IMG/VR virus record: IMGVR_UViG_3300022671_000005
Coordinates: 78,117 to 142,116 of that record
Origin: a virus
Lineage: Duplodnaviria; Caudoviricetes
DNA: 64,000 nucleotides
Reading direction: 5' to 3' (one strand)
Part shown: piece by piece, positions 1 to 8,579 of the stretch
Numbering within the stretch: the stretch's first letter is position 1
Layout: every line of letters starts with the position of its first letter
Position numbers and translations under genes: made by a program
Notes under the pieces: model-generated
The model's database searches: none
The model's input: the letters and a program-made list of their open reading frames with translations, nothing else
Told to the model about the DNA's origin: nothing

Positions 1-94
1 GTTTTGACAGCAAATTAGATGTATACTTCAATTATAATCAACTTAAAGATAGACTTGAAGGTCTCAAGGATATCCCAAGAGATGAGGTATATCA

Positions 95-925
95 ATGAAA
101 TTCGATATATTAACAGGTTTATCACCTTTAAATAATGTTGTACCTGAGAATGAACCTTCCGTAGAAAATCTACATGGTGAAGGTGATATCTCTGACCTTA
201 TGGTTACATCTATGAATAATCTTGTTTCTGTTGATGATCTTGAAACTGAGGAGAAAGAGGTTTCAACTGAATCTATAGATGTTGATATTTCAATAGAATC
301 TTTAAATACTGACGAAACAGCAAATGCTGTTCCTTCCAATAGTGTAAAGAAAGCTCTTCAGAAGTTACAACAGGCTACTGGATTAAATTTTGACCAACCA
401 CAGCCTAAGCCCCCACCATCAATTCATATTGATAAAGGGGTATGCAGAGCTTACTTACAAGGTATGTGTTATTTGACACTTGCTCCTCTTATACACCTTC
501 TTGCAAACGGTGCTAAGGATGACAAGTTTGTCATTGAAATAGATTTACCATATCTATCTACTTCAGATTGTATTACACTAGCATCAACTATTGAACATTG
601 TGAAAGTTATGTTACTGTAGCAGTTAGACGTATCCAATCTACAGAGACCTTTATGTTACTTGAGGTAGCTGACGAAGCTCATATTGCACCTAACGTTCAT
701 GTTGTTGGTCCTATGACTGGATTTACAATAGGTACTTCTGTTGATATGTCAAATACTACAGAAGCATTCAAAGAGCATGAACAGTATGTTCAAGAACTTC
801 TTAAAGATAACGGGTTCTTCACCGAAGATCAGCTGGAAGAGATTAATACTAAAGCTAAATCAGTTAGATTCACAACAGAAGAACTTCTTTCAAGACTTAA
901 AAAAGAAGAAGTGTCTGAAGATTAA
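95..925 (+). CDS. ClpP-fold protein, probably catalytically inactive, with an acidic N-terminal propeptide
   Basis: The C-terminal ~170 aa follow the ClpP pattern, but INSPGG reads IDLPYL, AASMG reads IQSTE, IHQP reads VGPM, and it ends in GFFTEDQLEEI...ELLSRL like phage ClpPs. The N-terminus is acidic with S-x-E sites (STES, SIES). Confidence 0.5.
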   Translation: MKFDILTGLSPLNNVVPENEPSVENLHGEGDISDLMVTSMNNLVSVDDLETEEKEVSTESIDVDISIESLNTDETANAVPSNSVKKALQKLQQATGLNFDQPQPKPPPSIHIDKGVCRAYLQGMCYLTLAPLIHLLANGAKDDKFVIEIDLPYLSTSDCITLASTIEHCESYVTVAVRRIQSTETFMLLEVADEAHIAPNVHVVGPMTGFTIGTSVDMSNTTEAFKEHEQYVQELLKDNGFFTEDQLEEINTKAKSVRFTTEELLSRLKKEEVSED

Positions 926-952
926 TTTCGTTGTTATCACACACATATATAT

Positions 953-986
953 CTACATAGTGGAGGATATATCCTCCACTATGTAG
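953..986. terminator. 34-bp perfect palindrome (putative terminator/processing hairpin)
   Basis: ctacatagtggaggata|tatcctccactatgtag, intergenic. Confidence 0.6.
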
Positions 987-1051
987 GTTTTTACAGTATC
1001 TAGATATTTTATAAATATAACGTAATATTTAAAACTTAATGAGAACTACAA

Positions 1052-3169
1052 ATGATATTATACGACAAAGACATATTAGAACAAAGATGTACTATACATT
1101 ATGGGACGAGAAATTTATCATTTATTAAAATGTCCTATCTGCTAAGGCAGATGGGAGTTAAAAACAATAAATTCATGTTAGCACTTATTGATCCTTCTTT
1201 ACAAGGCGTCGATCCTCATAGTCCAGATCTTACAGAAGAGCAGATGGCTAGAATTGCTATAGAGTGCAAAATTAATCCGTGGTATTTCTTCAGAGAAGTT
1301 ATACGAGTTGCACAACCTGGTGCAGAACCTGTAATGTATATTTTAAACAGAGCTAATTTGGCTTTGATATGGTTACATTTAAATAGTGTCGATACATTCC
1401 TTACCATGCCACGACAGATTGGTAAAACCATCGGTGTTCAGGGTTTAATGACATACAAGATATTTATCATGGGTAAGAACATCAACGTTGGATTGTTTGC
1501 TAAAGATAATGATCTTCGTACGGAAAACGTATCTCGTTTAAAAGAGTTACGAAATGCCCTCCCTAGATACCTTTTTAAGGTTGGTCCTAAGTATAATACA
1601 GACAACCAAGAAGGATTGGTCTACAAACCTTTTAAGACCAAATATATCACATTTGTTTCTCAAAAAGATAAACGTAGTGCTGCTGGTCAAGGTCGTGGTC
1701 AAACCTTCACAGATGAGCATTGGGATGAGTTTGGTTATTATACTAACAACCATCTGTCATACCCGTCAGCTAAAGCCGCAACTGATACAGCTCAACCTCT
1801 AGCTAGGGAAAGTGGGATACCTTGCGCTAATATCATGACTACAACTGCTGCTATGTTGGAAGACCCTGCTGGTATGTATGCACATGGTATTAAATGTGAT
1901 GCCTTGAGATTCTCAGAATTACTTTACGACTGTAAGGATAATGATGAACTTAAAAGATTAGTGGACTCTGGTTCTGATGGTGGAATGGTCTATATTGAGT
2001 TTAGTTATAAACAACTAGGTAAAGATGATGCGTGGTTGAAAAGAGTGTCTCGCGGTAAAACTCAAGATGAAATAGATAGGGATTATCTTAACATCTGGAC
2101 ACATGGTTCAGCTGGTTCTCTCATCAATACTGAAGTTCTTAAGAGACTTAAGTTGAGCGCTATAGAACCCCTATATACTGAGATTAAAGAAGACTTAATA
2201 GTTCGTTGGTATGTTGATAGTAAAACAAGGAAATCTCAAGAGTTTATATCTAAACCTTATATCTTGGCATCAGATACTGCTGACAATGTTGGTAGAGATG
2301 CAACATCATTGGTTATGATAGATCCTGCTACTATGGAAGTACTAATGGTTTGCAAGAGTAATCAGAGTAGTTTGGCACATGTTGTTCTAGTTGTTGTAGA
2401 TCTGTTAAGAACTTTTAATAGAACTATCTTTATTCCAGAAAGAAATAAAGGTGGAGCATTCTTGGTTGACATGGTCCTACATGCCCTTAAAGATGATAGA
2501 TCATTTAACCCGTGGTCTAGGATATATAATACACATCATCAAGACTATAGTAGTAAGTCTCCCGACTGTAGAAGACTAGATCTCAATTCTGGTAGTATTA
2601 GAAAGATGTTTGGATTCACAACTACTGCTTCTGAAACATCTAGAAAGCTTTTATATCAATCCATATTTACAACTGTTGTTAATAGAAATGTCGATAGGAT
2701 ACATGACAGTACTTTGATAGATGAGATAAGTGGTATTACTGTAGATCCTAAGGGTAGAATAGATCACACCTCAGACTCACATGATGATGTATTGATAGCC
2801 TACCTTATTGGTTGTTGGTTTATCATGTATGGTAGAAACCATCATATGTATGGAATAAGAGAGAATGAAATACTTCAAGACTTCTCTGTAGACAGTGCTG
2901 ATGTCGATCCTGTCACTAGGGAAAGAAATGCATCTGCTAAAAAGAGAATGAAATATCTTGAAGAGATGCTCTCTACTTCAGACATATCAGATATGATCAG
3001 AAGAGCGTTTGAGAAAGAATTGAATTATCTTAAACGAATACTACCTTCTAAGGGTAGTGGTGATGATATCATAAGTCTTAAGCAAGTCAAAGAAGAAAGT
3101 GATAGACTTAAAGTTGAAGTCGTTAAGAACCAAGACTTTACTTCTTCATTGCAACACATAAGGTTTTAA
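1052..3169 (+). CDS. terL: Terminase large subunit (phiKZ gp25-like)
   Basis: Walker A MPRQIGKT, Walker B HWDEFG, TTTA coupling motif, nuclease ASDTAD and C-terminal HDD; 705 aa. Confidence 0.93.
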   Translation: MILYDKDILEQRCTIHYGTRNLSFIKMSYLLRQMGVKNNKFMLALIDPSLQGVDPHSPDLTEEQMARIAIECKINPWYFFREVIRVAQPGAEPVMYILNRANLALIWLHLNSVDTFLTMPRQIGKTIGVQGLMTYKIFIMGKNINVGLFAKDNDLRTENVSRLKELRNALPRYLFKVGPKYNTDNQEGLVYKPFKTKYITFVSQKDKRSAAGQGRGQTFTDEHWDEFGYYTNNHLSYPSAKAATDTAQPLARESGIPCANIMTTTAAMLEDPAGMYAHGIKCDALRFSELLYDCKDNDELKRLVDSGSDGGMVYIEFSYKQLGKDDAWLKRVSRGKTQDEIDRDYLNIWTHGSAGSLINTEVLKRLKLSAIEPLYTEIKEDLIVRWYVDSKTRKSQEFISKPYILASDTADNVGRDATSLVMIDPATMEVLMVCKSNQSSLAHVVLVVVDLLRTFNRTIFIPERNKGGAFLVDMVLHALKDDRSFNPWSRIYNTHHQDYSSKSPDCRRLDLNSGSIRKMFGFTTTASETSRKLLYQSIFTTVVNRNVDRIHDSTLIDEISGITVDPKGRIDHTSDSHDDVLIAYLIGCWFIMYGRNHHMYGIRENEILQDFSVDSADVDPVTRERNASAKKRMKYLEEMLSTSDISDMIRRAFEKELNYLKRILPSKGSGDDIISLKQVKEESDRLKVEVVKNQDFTSSLQHIRF

Positions 3170-3171
3170 AC

Positions 3172-4422
3172 ATGGATAGAACACTTAAAGAGATTCTGTT
3201 AGAAAGATATAAGTTGGATATCACTAGGAATCATTACCTTAGGATTAAAAAACATCTTATCTCATGGGAACTTAGAGATCAACATCCTGAAGCTTTGAAT
3301 ACTCCCATGTTGGGAATTACAAAGATTCATTTTCTGACAAAAGACACAATGGCTTTATTTGATATCTTTGATATTGAGAAGTCTGCTTTTGAAGCAACGT
3401 TTAGAGCTGCTAAAACTATTGATACTTCTAGAAGAGTTATAAGTGATGCGTACAATATGCTTACAGTATGGGCTGCTTATATGGTCGAACAATCAAGTTT
3501 GCCAAAAGCACAAAAAGAAGAGATGCAGTACAATCTCTTTAAACTCATGCAGTATCGCATTTTTACCTCTATAGTAAATTACAACTTCCCACATAGAGCA
3601 CAGGAAGATGTAATGGAGTATACTATCAATGAACTCTCTAACAAATTCGATATCAAACGCAATGAGACTTCTACTTGGAAACTTGTTATTGAAGCACGTA
3701 GCAAAGATATTGTTGGAAGAGACAGTATACATCATAGGACACTTAGATCGTTTGCACCTGATGACAAAGTCCTTTATGTTATAACAGACGTTCATACTAG
3801 AATATGGGTTAAGCTAACCACCATAATCCAGAAGTTCTATAAGAATAAAGAAGCTGGTAACAGAATGGGTTCTTATGGTATAGTTGGTGAAATAGATGGT
3901 GAGAAAGTTGTTAAGAATCTGGTTGCTTCTTACGATCAGATGATAGAAGGAATATCTAATGATGTTCTATCTACCAACAAATTTATTGATCACACATCTA
4001 TTGATATTGCAGTTAAAATTACTGGCAATATACGAGCAGATATGTTTAGATCACTACTTATCAAATTTTCTGATATGGCAATCGATCAACATAGAAAAAA
4101 GAATCAGGACCTGATTGAAGGTGTTGATGAACACAAATTGTTGATTGGTTACAGGATTCTGATATCCAACATAATTCAAAAGACTTATCGTGAATGTATA
4201 TTCGACAAGACTGTCAATATGAAATCGAAGCTTGAGATACTATCTAAATCTAGAAATATCTATAGAAGTTCTAGAATAACTAATAAAGATATTCTTATTA
4301 TTAAGAATAGTGTTTCTGATTTTGTAGATAAGTATTCTAATTCTAATAGAGAAAGTACTAATGCTAGTTTGCGCATTGCTTTCATAAGTTATATTATCAT
4401 ATTAAGCTTTAAACACGTTTAA
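3172..4422 (+). CDS. Conserved phiKZ-like protein, probably virion structural
   Basis: 416-aa helical ORF coupled to terL; resembles a phiKZ-family core protein, orthologue not assigned. Confidence 0.5.
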   Translation: MDRTLKEILLERYKLDITRNHYLRIKKHLISWELRDQHPEALNTPMLGITKIHFLTKDTMALFDIFDIEKSAFEATFRAAKTIDTSRRVISDAYNMLTVWAAYMVEQSSLPKAQKEEMQYNLFKLMQYRIFTSIVNYNFPHRAQEDVMEYTINELSNKFDIKRNETSTWKLVIEARSKDIVGRDSIHHRTLRSFAPDDKVLYVITDVHTRIWVKLTTIIQKFYKNKEAGNRMGSYGIVGEIDGEKVVKNLVASYDQMIEGISNDVLSTNKFIDHTSIDIAVKITGNIRADMFRSLLIKFSDMAIDQHRKKNQDLIEGVDEHKLLIGYRILISNIIQKTYRECIFDKTVNMKSKLEILSKSRNIYRSSRITNKDILIIKNSVSDFVDKYSNSNRESTNASLRIAFISYIIILSFKHV

Positions 4423-4440
4423 TCACACGTTGATAAAATC

Positions 4441-4474
4441 AGTACACATGCAGTCATTTGACTGCATGTGTACT
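4441..4474. terminator. Long hairpin, 16-bp arms
   Basis: agtacacatgcagtca-tt-tgactgcatgtgtact just after the 3172-4422 stop. Confidence 0.65.
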
Positions 4475-4611
4475 ATTCTCATATCACCCTTATTTTAGGG
4501 ATGTGATACCTTGGTCTGCTTATATGTATTTGTATACATTAGATAAGGTTAAACATAAGCTATAGATAGCTTTTTGTATAAAGATTTTAATGAAAAAGTA
4601 AAAAGAGAAAT

Positions 4612-4649
4612 ATATACTCTAGGAGCACCTAGGTGCTCCTAGAGTATAT
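4612..4649. terminator. 38-bp perfect palindrome centred on CCTAGG
   Basis: atatactctaggagcacct|aggtgctcctagagtatat, downstream of the minus-strand gene ending at 4678. Confidence 0.65.
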
Positions 4650-4677
4650 TAAAATATTTAGATATCTCTAACTAAAA

Positions 4678-5769
4678 TTACATCTCGTACTGTTTTGCAA
4701 CAGTGAGGAGAATTTTAGTATAGTCATTTGCATAAGAGCCGATAGTGCGAAGGGTTTTACCAGCAAGCTTACGATTAGCTTTGATTTCTTTAGCTTTATC
4801 TTTTGAACCTTCTTCGTCTTCCTTTGAAACTTTCTTGGCAGCTTCTTTGAGTTTCTTTTCGATACTCTTAGCTTCAATCATAACTTGAACAAGCTCTGTA
4901 GTTACTTTAGAAGCACCAACAATAGCAGCTTTGTTCCAACCAGCACGTTCCAACGTCATTTTGGAAATCCAACCGAAGTCAGACAGAACATACTTTTTAC
5001 CATTCCAAACGAAACCAGCTTTCTTCATAAGGTCAGTAACCTTTTTAGCTGCATCATTGTCAAACTCTTCCAAATTGTCAAACATGGATTTCAATGCTTC
5101 CTTACTAGAACCCATGACATCCATGTAAGCTTTAGAAGTGACAAGCATCATTTTCTTGTCGGTATTTTTCGGCTGATCACGAAGACCTTTGCCAACAATT
5201 TCTTTAATCTTAGAAGCACGTGCTTCTATAGAATTCAGAACTACAACAAGGTAAGCAATGGCTGCCAAGTATATAGCGATAGCCACTGCTATAAAGAATA
5301 CTTCTTCTGAAACTTCGGTTTTGTCTAATTCGAGTGTAGCTACAGCTTCATCAAACTCTTTCTTTTCAACTTTCTCAATAAGAGTGGCGATCTGCTCAGC
5401 AGCTACCTTAGTATTGGTAACATCAATACCAACTTGTGCAAGGGCTTCACTGTAGTGATTCAAGAGACTCTTATCGTCTTCGAGTTCAACCTTAAGAAGG
5501 CTTTCACGAATGCTTGAGATTTCTTCAATCTGTTCCATCTTTTCAAAAGTAGTGATAAGAACATTATCTGCACTTTGAATCTGAAGAGCAAGAGCATCCA
5601 TATCAGCTTCATCTAATTTGGATTTAGATTCCACAATCTCTGCAATCTTAGCTTTAGTAGATTCGATGGAAGCTTCCAATTCAGCAACAGCTGCTTTCTG
5701 TTCTTCTGAAAGAACAATTGCATTTTCATCTTTGAGGGATTCTAGACTTTCAAAACTAATAGTAGTCAT
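4678..5769 (-). CDS. Putative internal head protein with protease-removed propeptide
   Basis: Long acidic helical N-half with S/A-x-E sites (SFES, SIES, VSEE), then a hydrophobic segment and a basic mature region; typical of phiKZ-family internal head proteins. Confidence 0.6.
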   Translation of the reverse strand: MTTISFESLESLKDENAIVLSEEQKAAVAELEASIESTKAKIAEIVESKSKLDEADMDALALQIQSADNVLITTFEKMEQIEEISSIRESLLKVELEDDKSLLNHYSEALAQVGIDVTNTKVAAEQIATLIEKVEKKEFDEAVATLELDKTEVSEEVFFIAVAIAIYLAAIAYLVVVLNSIEARASKIKEIVGKGLRDQPKNTDKKMMLVTSKAYMDVMGSSKEALKSMFDNLEEFDNDAAKKVTDLMKKAGFVWNGKKYVLSDFGWISKMTLERAGWNKAAIVGASKVTTELVQVMIEAKSIEKKLKEAAKKVSKEDEEGSKDKAKEIKANRKLAGKTLRTIGSYANDYTKILLTVAKQYEM

Positions 5770-5808
5770 TTTAGTTTTTCCTTTTTTGTTTTTTAAGAAA
5801 AGTTATTT

Positions 5809-6618
5809 TTATAACATGTATTTAAGTAAGGGTCCAACTCTTTGAAGATCCATCATGTTACCATTGACAAACTTGTTCAACTTCTCACGATACTCTTCAT
5901 TCAAATCAGACCAGGGTTCGATTATCTGTCTTACGGACGCTATATCCATACCATACTCCACATAACTCCTATCGAGTTGAATGATAAGTTGATTATAGAT
6001 ATACATCTTAGTGGCAAGCACACATAACTCAGCGAATGCATCTATAGATGATCCATTGAGACTGTTCATCGCTTCATCGTATGCAACTTGACATACCAGG
6101 ACCCAATCAATTTGAGTATGACCACCTGGATGTAACCTAACCAAATCACCACTCAACAGCTCAGGTGTTGGTGTAGGAGGGACACCACCTCCAGTTCTAG
6201 AGTGTATAAGCTCTTGTGTATAAGCACATATTGTTGCACCTTGCACTGTTGTAGATGGATGACCACCTGAGTTAGGCAAGGGGAACATAACTCTATGAAC
6301 TTCTGTGATATCACAAAAGTCTCTCTTATCTGGAGGTATCCGATAAATGGAATAAGATCCTGTACCAGAATTCATCTGAGAAGTAGTTTGCACTATCTGC
6401 TCTAGCATGGGTCCAGTTAATGAGACTTGTATGGTTTTACCACCAAGTAAATTACAATCCTTTCTTACACGAGAGTTTATAACTCTATCTACAATTTGTT
6501 GATCTGTAGATATGTTATTCCAAACGTGCTGCTGTATAGGCACAAAAGCTAATTGTAATATCTGAGGTGGAATCATGTGTTTGATCCGCATTAGCGAGAT
6601 CGGAATAGCTTGACTCAT
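5809..6618 (-). CDS. Conserved phiKZ-like virion protein (possibly neck/adaptor)
   Basis: 269 aa, SD gaggt, late-type motif upstream; C-terminal FAELCVLATKMYIYNQL pattern recalled from phiKZ-family structural proteins. Confidence 0.5.
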   Translation of the reverse strand: MSQAIPISLMRIKHMIPPQILQLAFVPIQQHVWNNISTDQQIVDRVINSRVRKDCNLLGGKTIQVSLTGPMLEQIVQTTSQMNSGTGSYSIYRIPPDKRDFCDITEVHRVMFPLPNSGGHPSTTVQGATICAYTQELIHSRTGGGVPPTPTPELLSGDLVRLHPGGHTQIDWVLVCQVAYDEAMNSLNGSSIDAFAELCVLATKMYIYNQLIIQLDRSYVEYGMDIASVRQIIEPWSDLNEEYREKLNKFVNGNMMDLQRVGPLLKYML

Positions 6619-6699
6619 AGTAAGTATACCTCTTATTAGATATTAATCATTCATAAAATGTCTCACTACGAGTCCTTTCATCCGTAAGATAGAATTAAT

Positions 6700-7719
6700 T
6701 TATTTGGAAACATCCTGCAGAGCAATAAGTGTTTGTACTGCATACTGACGAAGGATAGCTTCGCCTTCAATGAATCCCGTGAAAAGACTATTTACAGAAT
6801 TATTGTAGAGATTATAAATAGCTTCTTGTTCTCCGAAAGGAAGATTCATGAGAGCCTTGATGATCTCTTCATACTGCTTGTTGAATTCGTTTCCAATCTT
6901 CTCATTACCAAATGAAGAATTGATAACCATTTCACCAAACTTTACAAGATCTTTAACATTGGCAACACCAGACTCTTCAATAGTCATTGGTTCAGGAGAT
7001 TGAGATTCATCTGCCTTATAAGTATGCCAGTCGAAATAGTATTTGATAAGACACTTGGGATCATCCAACTTATAACTTTCAATAAGTTTAGTTTGATCTG
7101 CTGTCCACATCTCAAAGATGCTCTTATCACTTTCGTGTCTTGGAATAGAAACTGCTTTTAAGAAGATCTTTTCAATGGCAGCCATTGTAGTCTCCATATT
7201 CATATAACCATATGCAACAATCTTCTTATTGGTTATGGCTACATCATCTCCAACCTTCTTTGCAGAATCGACTGAACGTATAAGCTTTTGTCTGATCTTT
7301 GAATCAGCTTTCATTGCTTTTGTCCAACCATTCTTCCAACGAGCTTTTAGATTGGAAGCTTTCTCTTTGATATAATCAATGATACCTTCAGTAGACTCTT
7401 CGATCTCTGCAAGTGTAGCTTCAGCATCTTTAGATTTGAAAGATTTAGCGATCTTGTCAAGATTGTCACCAACCTGTGAAAGGAGCAAATCATCAATTCC
7501 ATAACTCTCGATAGCGGTTTTAACTTCCTGCAATTCAGAGAAGCTTGCAATGAGAGCTTTAAACTCATCAACACCTTCTTGAATTTCAGACAGACCAGAG
7601 TTACACTCGTGAGAGATAACATCCAATCCTTCTTCAACGTCGTTAGTTTCTTCAACAACGACATTCTTCGGTTCTTCCTCTGTTTCCAGAGCCGAAGCAA
7701 GTAGATCAAATTTATACAT
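6700..7719 (-). CDS. Putative internal head protein (propeptide type)
   Basis: Start moved to ATG 7719 (SD gagg); acidic N-terminus with ALE, AIESYG and STEG sites. Confidence 0.6.
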   Translation of the reverse strand: MYKFDLLASALETEEEPKNVVVEETNDVEEGLDVISHECNSGLSEIQEGVDEFKALIASFSELQEVKTAIESYGIDDLLLSQVGDNLDKIAKSFKSKDAEATLAEIEESTEGIIDYIKEKASNLKARWKNGWTKAMKADSKIRQKLIRSVDSAKKVGDDVAITNKKIVAYGYMNMETTMAAIEKIFLKAVSIPRHESDKSIFEMWTADQTKLIESYKLDDPKCLIKYYFDWHTYKADESQSPEPMTIEESGVANVKDLVKFGEMVINSSFGNEKIGNEFNKQYEEIIKALMNLPFGEQEAIYNLYNNSVNSLFTGFIEGEAILRQYAVQTLIALQDVSK

Positions 7720-7794
7720 TTGACTTCCTCTTTTTGTTAATATTAACATTTGTACGCATATAGATTAAGAACGTACGTGGTACCTATACAATAT

Positions 7795-7830
7795 CTTACT
7801 GTTACTACCGTTTAAGGTAGTAACAGTAAG
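7795..7830. terminator. Long hairpin, 15-bp arms
   Basis: cttactgttactacc-gtttaa-ggtagtaacagtaag. Confidence 0.6.
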
Positions 7831-7838
7831 TGTATAAA

Positions 7839-8543
7839 TTATTCAGGTTGATTTTTAGATAATATCTTCAACATCTTAAGTTGTTGATTACCTAAATCTA
7901 ATGCTATTTCACCGAACTCATCTATGGCCTTTATGGAGAAGCTGTAGGCTATCTTAACCCAATTATCATCTTCTTCCGCTTTAGACATTGTTCGTTCAAT
8001 ATCTTTCCTTAGATTATCCAGATAGGTACTAGACAATATATCCTTGATAACATTAAGATCTTCCACCATTCCCCTAACAGAGAAACCATGATCTTTTAAT
8101 GTCTCTCTAGATCTATCTACAGCTTCAGGATCTTTCTTCAACTTAAAGATATCATTTTTCTTACCTAGATATCTTGCAACATTATCAGCCATCTTAGTTG
8201 CACTATCAATCTTGTCAGCTTCAAGTTGATTAACAACACTTCTTACTTCTTTAGCAGCAGCTACAAAGTTAGTTGCTAGGTTATGAAAACGTTCTCTTGG
8301 ATACCCATAAATAGTATATTCTAAGACTTTATTTGAATCAACATCTGTTGATAAATTATTAAAAGCATTTATCTGATCTAAGATCTTACCATTGGAAGAA
8401 TTAATCTTACTAAGAAAGTCTACAACCTTAGATGCAAAATCTTTTACTAACTCAGCTACATCAATAGCCTCAGTAGTTATTTCCATATGTTCGACTTGAA
8501 CATCATCTAGTGCTTTTTCAAGTTTCTTTAAATCAATATTCAT
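7839..8543 (-). CDS. Putative internal head protein paralog with short propeptide
   Basis: Helical 234 aa; short acidic N-terminus ending ITTEA; SD ggag; late-type motif upstream. Confidence 0.45.
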   Translation of the reverse strand: MNIDLKKLEKALDDVQVEHMEITTEAIDVAELVKDFASKVVDFLSKINSSNGKILDQINAFNNLSTDVDSNKVLEYTIYGYPRERFHNLATNFVAAAKEVRSVVNQLEADKIDSATKMADNVARYLGKKNDIFKLKKDPEAVDRSRETLKDHGFSVRGMVEDLNVIKDILSSTYLDNLRKDIERTMSKAEEDDNWVKIAYSFSIKAIDEFGEIALDLGNQQLKMLKILSKNQPE

Positions 8544-8579
8544 ATCGGCTCCATCATGTATGTTTACATATAATGGGGA

